From Camelus ferus (lineage: Eukaryota), in contig NC_045697.1 of NCBI RefSeq assembly GCF_009834535.1, forward strand, positions 56,422,001 to 56,486,000: a stretch of 64,000 bases of DNA. The letters run 5' to 3'. The notes beneath the pieces were generated by a model. It made no database searches and was not told the DNA's origin. It worked only from the letters and a program-made list of their open reading frames with translations. Made by a program: the position numbers and the translations under genes. Positions 11,417 through 24,222 of this stretch are shown piece by piece (position 1 is the first letter of the stretch; every line of letters starts with the position of its first letter).

Positions 11417-14400
11417 ATCAAAAATAAGATAAAATAAGATTTAGGATTTAAAATCCTCTTTTATGGGCTACATAAAGCATTCCTCTGGGCATATGTCACA
11501 AAATAAGCTGTCAGCCAATTTACAAAGTCACCACAAATTCACACTATCCATTTCCTATGAATTATATTTTCACAAGTGGCATTCATATCATACGCACATT
11601 GGATTTTCCATATACAAACCAAATTATTTGATTCACAAGCCAACAAGTGATGATCATTCCAAACCATAATTTCATACATAAACAGGTTTGCTACAATCCA
11701 GAAGTTAATCACACTCAAATGAATTCATTAGCTAACCAACATATTTGTGATAAAACTCCAATCTGTTAGGCACACAAAATTGTCTGGAATTGGATTTTGT
11801 TGTTGTTAGAACCATATGGTAATTTTTTTTCCCCAAAAGCACATTTGGAAGATCTCTTACTGTGAATTTTCATTTGATAATTTTGATTAAAAAAATTATT
11901 TCCAAATATTCATCGACAGTCCATCCCAAATAAGTACAATTAAAGAACACTTGAACAATGAATTAAGTTGTTGTCAAATGTTGTTAGCAGTAATTAGATT
12001 AAAAGTGTATAAGAATAGGGTTTGCAAATAATATTTGCTAGGTACTATTTATACATAGGGCATTTTACTAATCAGTGAGAGGATATGTAAATGAAAAAAA
12101 GATTACCTCCGAAAATTCCATTTAGGCGCTTTCACCAAGGAACAGAGATGAGAAGCATGATTAAGTTAAGTGGAAAAACCATAAAGCTACATGCAATTAA
12201 GTAATCAAATGCATAGGAAAGAAAATAAATTCTATAGGATTATAATTGTGACTGAAGAATCTGGATACAGGGTGACACAGAAAGTGAGAATTTAGATTGT
12301 CTTTGAGAAAATATGCTGCTTTATTACAGATAACGGAAGAAGAAAGGCCTCCCAAACCTGGAGAACATTTTTTGTTTGTTTGTTTTGTTAGGAGAGATGA
12401 GTAAGAGCTAAAAAAAGTTAAGCTGAAGAAGTAGATTCGGCTTGGGAAAAACAGGCTTTATTGTTGTCTTCCTAGAGTCAGGATAGAGTTTGGAAATTTT
12501 TAGAAGGGGGCTGGAAGTGTCAGGTAGTAAATAATAGATAAACTGAAACATCAAAAGTTTAAAATAGAAAGCAAACTTTTTGTTCTTAATTTTAAGAGTT
12601 AATCTTGTAGCAGTTTATATATGCATTGGGCAACCATGGGAGGACTCTTAAGTCAGTAAAAGTTTTAAAACAGAAGAAAATTGGTTTTTTTTCAGAGAAA
12701 ATTGGCATTTTAAGAAGAAATCATTAAAGCACAAAATGCTGAGATTATAAATAGTTCTTTGCTAAATTAAAATAAGTAAGAACAAATAGATATATAAATA
12801 GAAAGACACAAGGGTGATGTTTTGGGTACAATATTTGAAGGAAAGCATGCATGGCTAACAGATAATAAAGCTGAGTGATTAGAATAATTGTTTGAAAACA
12901 ATGGAGTTACATAGTTTAGTAGAGAAAACCCATTATGGGTGGTGTAAGATGGGGTGACTCAGGGAAGAAGGAGTGATGAATTCAGTCAGTTACAGAGCTA
13001 CTTCAGTTTGAGGTGCTGTCGCAGGTTTACTTACTGGACCACTAAAAGACCGGAAAAGCCGTCATTTTAATGAGGCATAATGAGTATTCTTACTAGTGAC
13101 AAGCATAACAACCCTGCGCGTGACCTCCACCTTCTTTTGATGTGAACGGACTCACATCATTAGTTCTTTTGAGATACTTAGGATGCTATTCGTGTATGTA
13201 TTATCTACACATTAAACTATTCCAAAAAAAAATTTAATGTGAGTTGCATCATCAAACGTACAAGTGTACAAATTAGAGTAGATACAGGTAGAAAAATAGT
13301 CATAAATTATGTTGGTAATGGGGCTAATTTATAAATTTGTGCATACCACTTTTAATCCCATACTCATAACTTGCTGCTAGTGGACCAATGGGGTGCTATA
13401 CTTTCTAGCAAAGTCACAAAAGGAAGAAACTATTAATTCTTTCAATTGCAATTCTCTCAGCTTGGGTCTTTTTTTGTAACTTTTAATAGCATTAAACTTT
13501 CTATCCAATGTTCATAATTACTATCTGAAAGCAGTTTAATGTGACCATGCCACTCCTCTGCCATGGCTGGAAGTCCTTCAATGTAATTTGTTTCATCTGT
13601 CATTGTTATAAGAATAGCTGTGCTTTCTGTTAAATCAACTACAGGTTTTTGTTGTTGTTGCTTAAGTCATGTGTAGTTGGTATCAGTTCTTTCTTTGATA
13701 TTAGTGAAATCCAAGAACCTCTTTTTAATTATAACGCTTCATGCATTTTTGTTACTTATAACACATAGTGTTATTTTACTGTCCATTAGTTTCCTCATCA
13801 TACATTAGTGAAATATTTCAAGAAATACTGATTTGTTTCCTGACACCTGGCAACATCTCAGTCTTCATTATTCTACTACTTTTAGTTGGATTTGTCTACC
13901 TTTTAAAGACTCAATAGCTCTCCAAAGTAGTTTATTCATAGAATTAAGTTGCATTTTTGCTTCAAAGAACATTTTTAAGAAATGTGACTCCCCTGTCACT
14001 TTATTTTCTTCAAAGTATTTCAAGTGAAGAGAGGATAATTTTCAGAGAATTTTTACAGATATTCACTTTAAATGACATTGTTTCCAAAATATTGTCACTG
14101 ATGTGATGTTTTCTGTTCATTTTTGACTTATTTTAAAGTTGAAATCTTGTATTTAGCTAATTATTTTCTAACAAGAATTTCTCTTTTGAGAGAATTCTTT
14201 ATGAGTAACAGATAGTTAAATCCATCACATATCCAAATATCAAGATTCCATATAAAATTATGAGGTAACTTGAACTTCAGTATTTAAGGTAATTTTAAGG
14301 TGGGTACCGTGTCTGCACTTTGTGTGTGATTTTCAAAGTATATGCAGGATTTATGGTATAGTAAAGGTTTATAATAAAAAGTCAACTATATTTTGACATA

Positions 14401-14419
14401 TAAGATAATTTGATTTCAA

Positions 14420-15200
14420 CATTAATTCAGATCCAACAGGAAACCAGAAACTATACCATGTGGTTCAACGGAAGATATTTAATATAGAGAATTTGTTATA
14501 AAGCAGTTAGAAGGCTGTTTGAGCAAAAAGAGAGCACAGAAATAGCCCAGAGATAATACCTGCAAAACGGCAGAACTGCGAGAACAGAAGGAAGAGGTTA
14601 GATTGTCAGATCCTAGACTCTGAGCAAAGGCACCAATAACCTGGAACTTAAATCCTGGAGAAGAAAATGTGATTTGTGTGTGGCTGTACCCATGAAGGAA
14701 GAATGATGAGACTCACTCTGAGTGTCAAAAGAAGGTTGGAGAGGAACACCTGTGGCTGTTGGAAGAAACAACTACTGCTGGGCAATGCTCTTAGGGGGGG
14801 CAATGCTCTTAGGGGAGGCAAACAAGAGTTAGAAGTAGGTCCTTCTCTCCATCTGCACTCCAGTCTCCTTTTGTTACCTTCTATTTGGAGCTGAGAGAAA
14901 ACTGGCAAATAATCGATACATTCTTTTAACTACTCAGCATTGGAATATATCATCCTATAAATATATTGAATCTATATGGCAAATAGAAACAATATGCTTC
15001 CACCTAACAAAATATAATTTCCCTTGGTACAATTAAGTCTCTCTCACCCTCTCCCCCAGAAGAATAGATGCAAATTCCCAAGGGTCATGGTACTCATCTC
15101 TTAGTCTCAGTCATAGTATTCATGTTCTTCCTCTTCTTGTTTAGTTATAATCCTACTGGAATATCACATAACTCAGAGGTGGCAATGTAGAATTGACCAA
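14420..15200 (-). mobile_element. Ancient ERVL LTR (~14420-14920) with adjacent internal 3' end
   Basis: LTR33/50/79-group-like blocks (cagaaactatacca...tttaatatagagaatt, ccagtctcc, ttggagctgagaga); the flank reads on minus tgttaggtggaagcat, as in ERVL-int 3' ends. Confidence 0.55.
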
Positions 15201-16799
15201 TATTCCTTATATAAATTAGTAAGGGAAATGAAGAAAGGAAAGAAAAAGTATTCAAGTTGAGAAACAAGAGATAAATAATTGGCACAACATTATTTTTGGG
15301 TAAATGCTGATTTGAAATAGATCCACAAAATAGCATGACTGAAACACTGACCGACCAAAGGCAAGAAGGTTGTATACCAAAACTAGGGACTTGCGTTCTA
15401 TTTTTAATAATGATTTCAAATACAGTTCTGGGTTTGATGAGAAGTTTTCACTGTTATAAAATAAAGGCATAATTTACTATCTAAATTCTCATGCTATTAT
15501 GATTTTATATGTTTCGTACTGATTTGTATTTTCCATTGCAGAAAAATTGCAGGAGACACGTGTAATCTTCCATCCATGATGATATGTTTTTGATGAATAG
15601 TTCTTTGTTTTTTTTATCTTAGCATTAAATTCTTCGAAGCTCCCTAAAAAATATACTTTTTTCACTTACCATTTAATTTACTATGAAGCTGCTCCCAAAT
15701 TCCCTGTTATTTTTATTTAACATTCTACATAAAATCACCATAATTGCTATCTGTTGTGGTCTCTAGTAATATATTTAAGAGGTTTTCATATATGCTCAGC
15801 AACATGAATATAATAATGATATAACAGATAACTAAAGATCAAAACACATAGACTAAAATCATAATTTCTATTTTATGGACTTCTGAGTAACATAATTATA
15901 TAAGAAATTATTAATAACTACTGCTATTTTTTTACTTTATTACTAGTGAGTTATGCTGCATACTAATCCAAATATCCAACTGGTATGGTCGGTCCTTTCA
16001 GGTATTTTTCTCCCCAGGAGATTAACAGCAAAAAAAAAAAATTTCTTTCACACTTTCGAACTCAGTTTAATTTCAAGGCACACAACCATGAACTCTTCAA
16101 TCCTAGGAAGTGATGATCACAGAGGGAGTTCATCCTTTCATCACAGAGTTGAAGAATTATTTTGCTTTGTGCAATTCTATTGGATACATTGTGACAGATC
16201 TTCAATTTCCATTTATTTTCTAATCAAAAGGAGTCATTTCCTTGGCACTAGTACAGGTCTGAGTAGCTCAGGAGGAAGAAACATAATCAGCAGAGGCAAA
16301 GTATATGATAAAATATTCTCTCTAACTTTTTTTGGAAATATTAAAATGAAAGTTAAAATATGTATTTATTAGCGGATTCAAGGCCATCTACAGAAAAAAG
16401 TTCAGTGGCTAACCATATGGATATTTTTGGGCTTTAAAGCTTTTTAGTTGCTATTAGCAACAATCATGAGCAAAATTGGTAGGTTGCTGTTATACTCTGG
16501 ATGTAAAGGGAAAAGGAGAAGAAATAGAAAGTGAAATGAAGAAATAAAATGTGGGAAAAAGGTAAAAAAATAAATATAAGAAGTAAAGAAAATTTTTCAT
16601 CTAGTGAAAAGTAACATTCTTAATTCAGGATGTCAGATATAGTTCATGTTTAGGATTGTCCCATATCTCAGAATATTTTATCTTTTTTTTTCTTTGTTAC
16701 ATTACGAGACTTCGATCTGGAAGCGTACTGGTGTTGGGAACCATTCTTATCCGTGTTTATCTTCTCACTTTCATCTTTTCTAGTGACGACAGTGCCGTT

Positions 16800-16945
16800 T
16801 GTTGTGCTGTTCCTAGGCACACGCAAAGCACGTTATAGGAATTCTTTCACATAATCCTGACAACACTATGAAATAGCTGCCAGTATAACCTTCAGTTTAG
16901 ATAACTGAGGGCCAGTGAGGTTAAGTTACTAATCCAGCCTCAGGT
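16800..16945 (-). mobile_element. MIR SINE fragment
   Basis: taatcctgacaacactatgaaatag...ttagataactgagggccagtgaggttaagttact. Confidence 0.6.
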
Positions 16946-17229
16946 CTGTCTTTACCCCTACTGTGTCTGTGAATTAGAAAAACATGTCCTCGGTTAGCAG
17001 CCTCAGGCTTTTCCATGACCTGTGGGTTAGTAAGTAAAGCTTTGGTTGGTTTTCACCATGACTTGCTTTCTTGACCAGAGACCTTTGTAAAACGGACACC
17101 TTGTACAGCTCTGTATGGTACCCCTGCCAAGGTTAACAACTTGTTGGTAGAACTGAGATTCAATTGCTCCAAAGCACGTGTTGGTCGATTTTATATTCTT
17201 CAGACTCTCAACTAACTCTTGGCAATACT

Positions 17230-17470
17230 TCAAACCTCAGATGGATTGTCTCTCCTTCTTCCAGGTTCCTTCTCAAGGGACCCTCTCTGAACTGGGAACC
17301 TCCCCCAGGAGCTTCCATCGTATCTTGTAGATATTTCTGACATGAAGTTATTATGGTGACTGTGACTGTGAACTTGTAGATAAGCATTTTTATAATATAG
17401 ACTGTCTCAGAGCCCAGCACAGAGACTGTCAATTATTAGTATTTCAATAAATCATTGTTGCATGATTAAA
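17230..17470 (+). mobile_element. L2 3' end
   Basis: cagagcccagcacagagactg...tcaataaatcattgttgcatgattaaa, a typical L2 terminus. Confidence 0.55.
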
Positions 17471-18469
17471 GGGAATTCTATTACCCTGTGGAAATCTGGT
17501 AAATGTATGTCAGAAGCTCCCAGAGCCAGTAGCTGAATATGAATCTGAATTCTGAATCTGAAAGGGTTGACTGACTTGAAAAAATAAAGGACATACAAAA
17601 GGACAATTTCTTCCACCAGTCCATCAAGTTGAATGTATATTGGAGAACTGACATTGGAGCTTGAGGGGCCCGGGAAGCAGAACTGGAGGCATTAAGCTCT
17701 CTCATCTCTTTCACTGTCAGCCTCTGTAGATCTTTCTCGCTTATGATCTGTTTCAACTTTTTTGCATTCTATGTTTCATTGAAATAAAGGGGTATATTAT
17801 CACATAAATGAGGCCAAAATACAAACTGATTTCAGCATCTAAAAACCTTGGCCTGAAAACAACTCAAAATACCCTCTGGCCCACATCTGTTTTGCTCTTT
17901 GGTATGACATTTAAAAGAAAGATAAGAAAATGGAGAGTCAATTTTTTTAAGTTACTGCTCCATTGACATTTCTAAATAGCACAGGATTATGACAATATTA
18001 GATATAACTCGGCTAATCATCTTACACTTGACCTCAGTTTGTGAGCACATTAGTAATCACATGTGATCAAATCCTATTACTTTATCAGAGTTTTAAAATA
18101 CCACTCAATAATAACATCTCTACCAAAAATTAGGTGTTCTATACCTATGTTTATATTTGCTATGAAAAAAATTACTTGGCCCATCATTTCAGAAGTCAAC
18201 CTATTACATATTAAGTGGCTAAAATGCATGGAAATATGGGCAATGATCTGTTTTGTTTGAAGTTTGATTCTTGGTCTATGTGTGCATTTAGCCAGAAGGT
18301 TAAAAATTTCCATCAAAATTTCCAATATCTCATCAGTATTTTACCCTTGTAAATATTTGTAATTTAGTGGGTGTGCTTCCCACATAATTGGAAAAAGATC
18401 TAAAGTCTGTGTGAAATTACACATTTAGGGCTATAACCAACTGAGAGAAATTTGTGTTATTTTCCTATT

Positions 18470-18580
18470 CTTATTTTTTAATTTTTTAATATCTACATTT
18501 TTAATGGAGGTACTGAGGATTGAACCCAGGACCTCATGCATGCTAAGCATGTACTCTACCACTGAGCTATACCCTTCACC
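18470..18580 (-). mobile_element. tRNA-Ala-derived SINE (vic-1-like)
   Basis: tggaggtactgaggattgaacccaggacctcatgcatgctaagcatgtactctaccactgagctataccc is the reverse complement of the 7015 SINE head; T-rich tail to the left. Confidence 0.9.
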
Positions 18581-18824
18581 GCACTGTAATCCAATTTTTA
18601 ATTCTTTACCTTTTAACTAGCTTCTTCTCAACCATGTGTATAGGTAAATGGATTTAATAAGTAGTTCGTTTACTTTTTTTTAACTATGCTTACGAGACTT
18701 AGGGAACAAACTCTTTGTGCACCACTAGAATTGCAAAAAATAGTATTAGTAATAATTGTCCTGTAATTAGCAAGGGTCAAACTAACAGCATAAAAAATGG
18801 TAGAGTACTATATAAATTTTATAT

Positions 18825-19070
18825 AACTTACACACTGACATAATGCTTACCACATGCTAGGCACTGTTTAGGTGCTTTTACATACTGTAAATAATTTAAT
18901 TAACATTTCAACCTTATAAGTAAGTTCTATTATTTTCCCTACTTTACGTATGGGAAAACTGAGCCACAAAAAGGGTAAGTAACTTGCCTAAGGTCACACA
19001 AAAAGTAGCAGTCTGGATTCATACCCACATAGTCTGGCTGTAAAAATCTATGCTCTTAAATTCTATTCTA
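18825..19070 (-). mobile_element. MIR SINE, near full length
   Basis: tgcttaccacatgctaggcactg...gggaaaactgagccac...aagtaacttgcctaaggtcacac...ggattcataccca. Confidence 0.85.
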
Positions 19071-19364
19071 AGCTATCTGTCTAGCATTGTATGAAAACAA
19101 GATAATATGATTAGAAGAGGAATGTTCAGAAATACAAGAAAGATGATACATATGCATCTGAGCAACTGCTTCAGCTTTAAAATAAAAGAATAAGGACTGA
19201 TGAATGTATGTAGTCAGTACCTTATGACTGAAGCCAATTCAAGGGCGTGATGTCTCTGTAGGGGGCTGCAGCTTCAGACTAACCTGGAATGTATGGTAAC
19301 TGGCAGATCAGGGTTACCAGGTGTATGTTTACATGAGATACTGAGTTGCTTTCCAAGAGAACAG

Positions 19365-19610
19365 AGGCAGCTTGCCTCAGTGGAGCAGTTAAGAGCACAG
19401 AGCAGGAGCCAGCATGTCTGGACTTGAAGCTTGACTCTTTTTTGAGTTGCATGACCTTGAACAAGTTAACCTTTCTCAGCTGCAGTTTCCTCATCTGTGA
19501 AATGAGCTAACTACCTGATTCTTAGATTTGTAGTAAGCATTAAATGGGTTAACGTTAATAAAGTTTGTAGAACAATATTTAGCACAAATTAAGTGCTTTA
19601 TAACTGTCTT
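19365..19610 (+). mobile_element. MIR SINE, near full length
   Basis: gttaagagcacag...tgaccttgaacaagttaacctttctcagctgcagtttcctcatctgtgaaatgag. Confidence 0.85.
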
Positions 19611-20384
19611 AAGTAAAGATGAACTTAGTGGGCTCAAACTTGACTCCATAAGAGAGCGTCAGGTTTGGAGAGAAATGACTTTAGTGCTATGTCATTTATC
19701 ATCCAAATCCATCCATCCATCGTTTGCCACCTTATGAACTCAACGTGTAGTTACTAGGGGAAAAAAAGTCATCTGTAATTTAAATATACAACAGTGGTTT
19801 TACCAAAAATTTGGTAGAATTTGGGTTGGGGTAAAAGTAGCTTTATCAAAATAGAAAAAATAAATAATCATTAGCTTCTGGCTCCAATGTTCCAAATTGT
19901 GTCTGGTCCATTGAGGGGTGGAGCACTGTGGGAGGGCACACGTGGAGCTGGCTGAAGTGGTGGTGGCACCGTGAGAGAGATGGCATCACACTGTGAGTGG
20001 CAGCAGCAGTGCTCAGAGGTGGATGGTGCAGCATGAATTAACAATGGCTCTTCCCAGAAACCGTGAGAGCGGACAGAGGCTCAGGGGAAGTATTAAAGCT
20101 GTAATGGAAGTACCACTTGTAAGAGACTGAGCTTCTCCTGCCTCTTGGCAGAGATTTAGTGGAGAAATCCAAAAACATTTGGGTGCTATCTCTACTGTAT
20201 GTACTTAAGAAGACAATCAGTAAACATGGATTAAGAACAGGGTTCCTCCCTTTACGTAGCTTTCAGCTGCATGAGTATGTGAATATACGGCTGTGTAATA
20301 TTTTCACCTAAGAGCATTGTCATCGTACCCATCCCCATCAAGATTTTGTAAATGGCCATCATAACTCTTTCTAAGTTTTGTATT

Positions 20385-20552
20385 TATTTATTTTTTATTG
20401 ACGTATAGTCAGTTTACAATGTCGTGCTAGTTTCCGGCGTACTGCATAGTGATTGTTATACACAAATATATTCTTTTTCATTGTAAGCTATTACAGGATA
20501 TTACACTTCTCTGTGCTATACAGTAGGAACTTGCTGTCTGTCTATTTTACAT
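20385..20552 (-). mobile_element. Young 5'-truncated L1 3' end
   Basis: ttgacgtatagtcagtttacaatgtcgtgctagtttccggcgtactgcatagtgatt with CpGs retained; perfect 13-bp TSD taagttttgtatt at 20372-20384 and 20553-20565. Confidence 0.9.
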
Positions 20553-22899
20553 TAAGTTTTGTATTAAAAAGCAATTTTCAAACTTATCTCAGTGTTGTCA
20601 CCCAGTATTGGATACTGACATACAAAAGGCCTCTTTTTGTAGTTCAGCTTATTTGATTTTCTTGAACCTATTTCAATATTATTTCCTAACATTTAAGTAG
20701 GAAAATATCTGAAGAGAATAGTGCTGCAAAAAGAAGAATAAAAATAGAATGTCTTAAGAATATAAACTAGTCTTCTTAAGCACAAAGGAAAGAAAAAGAG
20801 TAAAATGGATGAATATGAGCCTCTTTCCAAAGACTTTAGACGGTGAAAACAAATGGTTAACAAAAACTCAGCTCTAGAAAATATCAGTAAGTGTTATTTG
20901 AAAAGCATACCCTTTGATCCTTGGATCTTCTGAATAAAAGCTACTGCACTGTGATAAATATTCCCTATGTGCCTTTACGTGTAAATGTTCTTTATGTGTC
21001 TGCTTGCTTAACACTTTTTCTCATATATTAAGTTTGATGGTTTGATGGCATGCATCGTCTCAGCTAAATGGTAGTGGATCTTTTCTAGGTTAGAGAGAAT
21101 TCTTTGTTTTACTATTTATGGGCATTTTAAATGACCTGTTTGGCTAATATATCAGTATTCATACATCATTTTAAATGTGTTCCACTTGAATTTTTTTCCC
21201 TGATGACCAAAGAATTTGAAAAGTAAAGAAAATTAGGCCAAAAAATGAAACAAAACAGAAACATTATAGAGGATTCCACCATTCACAGGCAATAATGTTT
21301 TCTCCTTTGATATTTCCCTCCAGCTTATTACTTTTAAGATGACAAATAACAGTATAGGTCTCTCATCTTAAAACAAATAAAACATGATGAAGACAATTGG
21401 AATTCAGGTGCTATAATTCGAGGCCAAAAGGCCCACAGTGATAGCTGCATATCTGAATCACGGGTCATAAATGTAACAGAGATATATGTTAAGCAAACTG
21501 AAAACATTCAGCAACCAGAAGGCTGGCAGGTCGGGATGGTTGGGGGCTGGTGGCTCGAGAGCTCTTCCTCCTGCTAGTTTATCATCTACACTTCAGTGAT
21601 CTTTGTGGAAATGACCAATAAGCCAGACTAGTACAAATAAGTCCACTGAGGTAGTTTTTAATACCCATTCTTATCAAATTGAATCACCATGGAACTAATC
21701 TTCTGCAAATTATTTCAGAGAGTTGACATTTTATGTGCACATTAAAGCTTCCCGGAAAGGGCCCATCAATCTGGAGAGGGGCACAGCTGATTCCTGTCAG
21801 GTTTCAACTTGGTATTTATTAAGCTAAGTCTGTGTATATCCTTTAGCGCTGAGTGAAACATGACCATCCTTAACTGATTCAAGGTAGAGACAGTAGGAGA
21901 AAACAAAGCAGCTAGGAAAGATGAGAAAGGACATTTAAAAAAAAAAGAACAAATAAAGGTACTTAATAACAGTTTGTTGGCATTTAGACTTCAGATAAAT
22001 GTGTTGATGACACTGATTCCATGGGTTTTGAAAATGCAACTGTCAATACTGACTGATTTGCTTTGTAACTGTTTACTTCAGTTAATTATGCTTTCTAAAA
22101 GCTAGTGAGAAAAATAATTATTGTGTGAACACAGTAAGACATGGCAGCACTGAAGCAGAAGCTCTCTGGGTATGTTTGAATGTATTACAAACAATAAATT
22201 TACCTAATTCATTATTTTGGGATTTAAATAACATCTTTGTGGCTGTATTATGTTGAAAGTATTACATTAGGCACTGTAGGGAGACACGAAGATACATAAG
22301 ACATAGGCATTTTATTCAACACCTAAAGTTCAGAGGGGAGGACGGGGGTAGTAGTGGGTAGCCATTAGAGGATGGAATACTGGGTAGCAAGACCAGAGGT
22401 AGAGATTCTATTTAGAATACTATTATACACAATAAGATCAATCTATGTCTTATATAAATTATTTACATTTAACTTTATATAATACAGTATTTCCTGTCCC
22501 TTTTCCTTTCTGAATCTTCAAAACAATCCTAAGATATGAGTTACTTATTACCATTAAACCTGTTATTCAGGAAGATATTCAGGTTCACAAAAGATGCATA
22601 CTTCCGGTCAAATGAAGTTTAACTTAGACTTGGCGTGTTATAACTTCAAGGCCAAGATTCTTATCATCATGCTACGCTGTTTCCCACGTAAACTTACATA
22701 TGCCTAGAATACTTGAGAATGATCAATTTTAAATGGTAAACATCTTCAAAGAACCCTTTTATGGCTGAAGAGATGGAAAATTTTCCCACTTCACATTATA
22801 CTTTATATTAATTATATAGTAAAAGCATTAATTCTCTGAGCAGAATGTTAATATTAACATACCCAAACTAACACTTTTAGCTCATGTGGTTTTCATCCC

Positions 22900-24222
22900 C
22901 ACTTTTCTACTATTTCAGAATCACTAAGCTATGATCTCTATATCATTAAATTCTAAGGACATTTTTCATGCCTTATTATATTCTAACTCCAAGCAACACT
23001 GAATACATTCATCAATTTACCTTTGTTCACAATCCTCTCTTATCCTGGTTTTCTCCTACCTCTTAAATCACATACCTTCATATCTTTTCCCAGTTTGTCT
23101 CTTCCTCTCCAATGTCTAAGTTCCTTAAGTGAGTCCAACACTGTTTTCCCCTATACTTCCTCTCCGGGGACTTTAATCATTACTCACAGCTTTAATTATC
23201 AACTATACTTAGATAACTTCCAAATTTAAATCTCTATCAAGATGTCATCTCTGGACACCATACCTGTATATTTGCCTAACTCTCTGATAGTTCTTCTTGG
23301 ATATTTGAAAGACACCTCAAACTCACTTCTTCCAAGAGTAAACTCATCATATTCCCCCATTACTACCCAATCACTCTAGCCCAGATTTCTCTATTTTAGA
23401 GATTAGCACCACCATCTAACTGTAAAAACTAGAAACCCGTAAGTCATTCCTCACCTCATCCCATGCTCCAAATCTCTTTTTTACCCATTAAGTATGCTTC
23501 AAATCTTTTTCTATCTCTCCACATCCATCACAATCACAAAGTTCATACCTGGGCTGCTGCAAACTTGTTCACAACTTTGACTTGTTCAACCTCCTCCCTT
23601 CAATATGGCCTCTGGAATGGAACTAGTGGTATCTTTTTCTGGATGAAAATCTAATTGATATGATTATGTCATGACTTGACTTCCTGATTAAAGCCTTTAA
23701 TTATTTTCTACTTGTTTTTAAGACAGAAAACCAAAATCATTACTATGGCACACAGGCTACTTCTTGGTGAGCCATTCACCTTTCTTTCTCTTGTCCTCTC
23801 CATCTCTGTATCCAACCTTCACTTTGGTCACAAGGGTGTTCACTTTCTCACAAGCACCACAATGCTTCCTAATATGGAACATTTTAGGGACATTTTCTCC
23901 CCTCATGAACTGCTCTTCCTTTCTTTGTCTGGTTCCTCCTAGCCATACTTAAGATCTCAAATTATTTGTCAGTTCTTCAAGGAAGACATCACCAAGGTTT
24001 TTAGCCTTACAGTTTAACAAAACCATCTACTTTTCTATTGTAGTGTATTTTATAGTTGAACTTTTATGTTTGTTTCATATTAATTTTCTGTTTTTCTGCT
24101 AGTCTATCCATAAAACAGAGGCCCTATTTGTCTAGTGTTTTGCTTACCATTGTATCACTAAAGCCTAACATAGTTCCTATCCATAGGTATCCAACAGATT
24201 TCTTTTTTTGAATCAATAAATG
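22900..24222 (+). mobile_element. L2 LINE, ~1.3 kb 3' portion
   Basis: Pyrimidine-rich decayed ORF2 (cacagctttaattatcaactatacttagataacttccaaatt, HGF.YHLYADD-like), cacctcaaactca, and L2 terminus tgaatcaataaatg. Confidence 0.75.

Noticed and set aside
15953..16372. 139 aa ORF
   Set aside because: No recognisable protein similarity or splice context, and it includes a poly(A)-encoded Lys run; consistent with chance.
18825..19610. Inverted MIR pair forming dsRNA
   Set aside because: Both copies are independently and heavily diverged, so stable pairing is unlikely.
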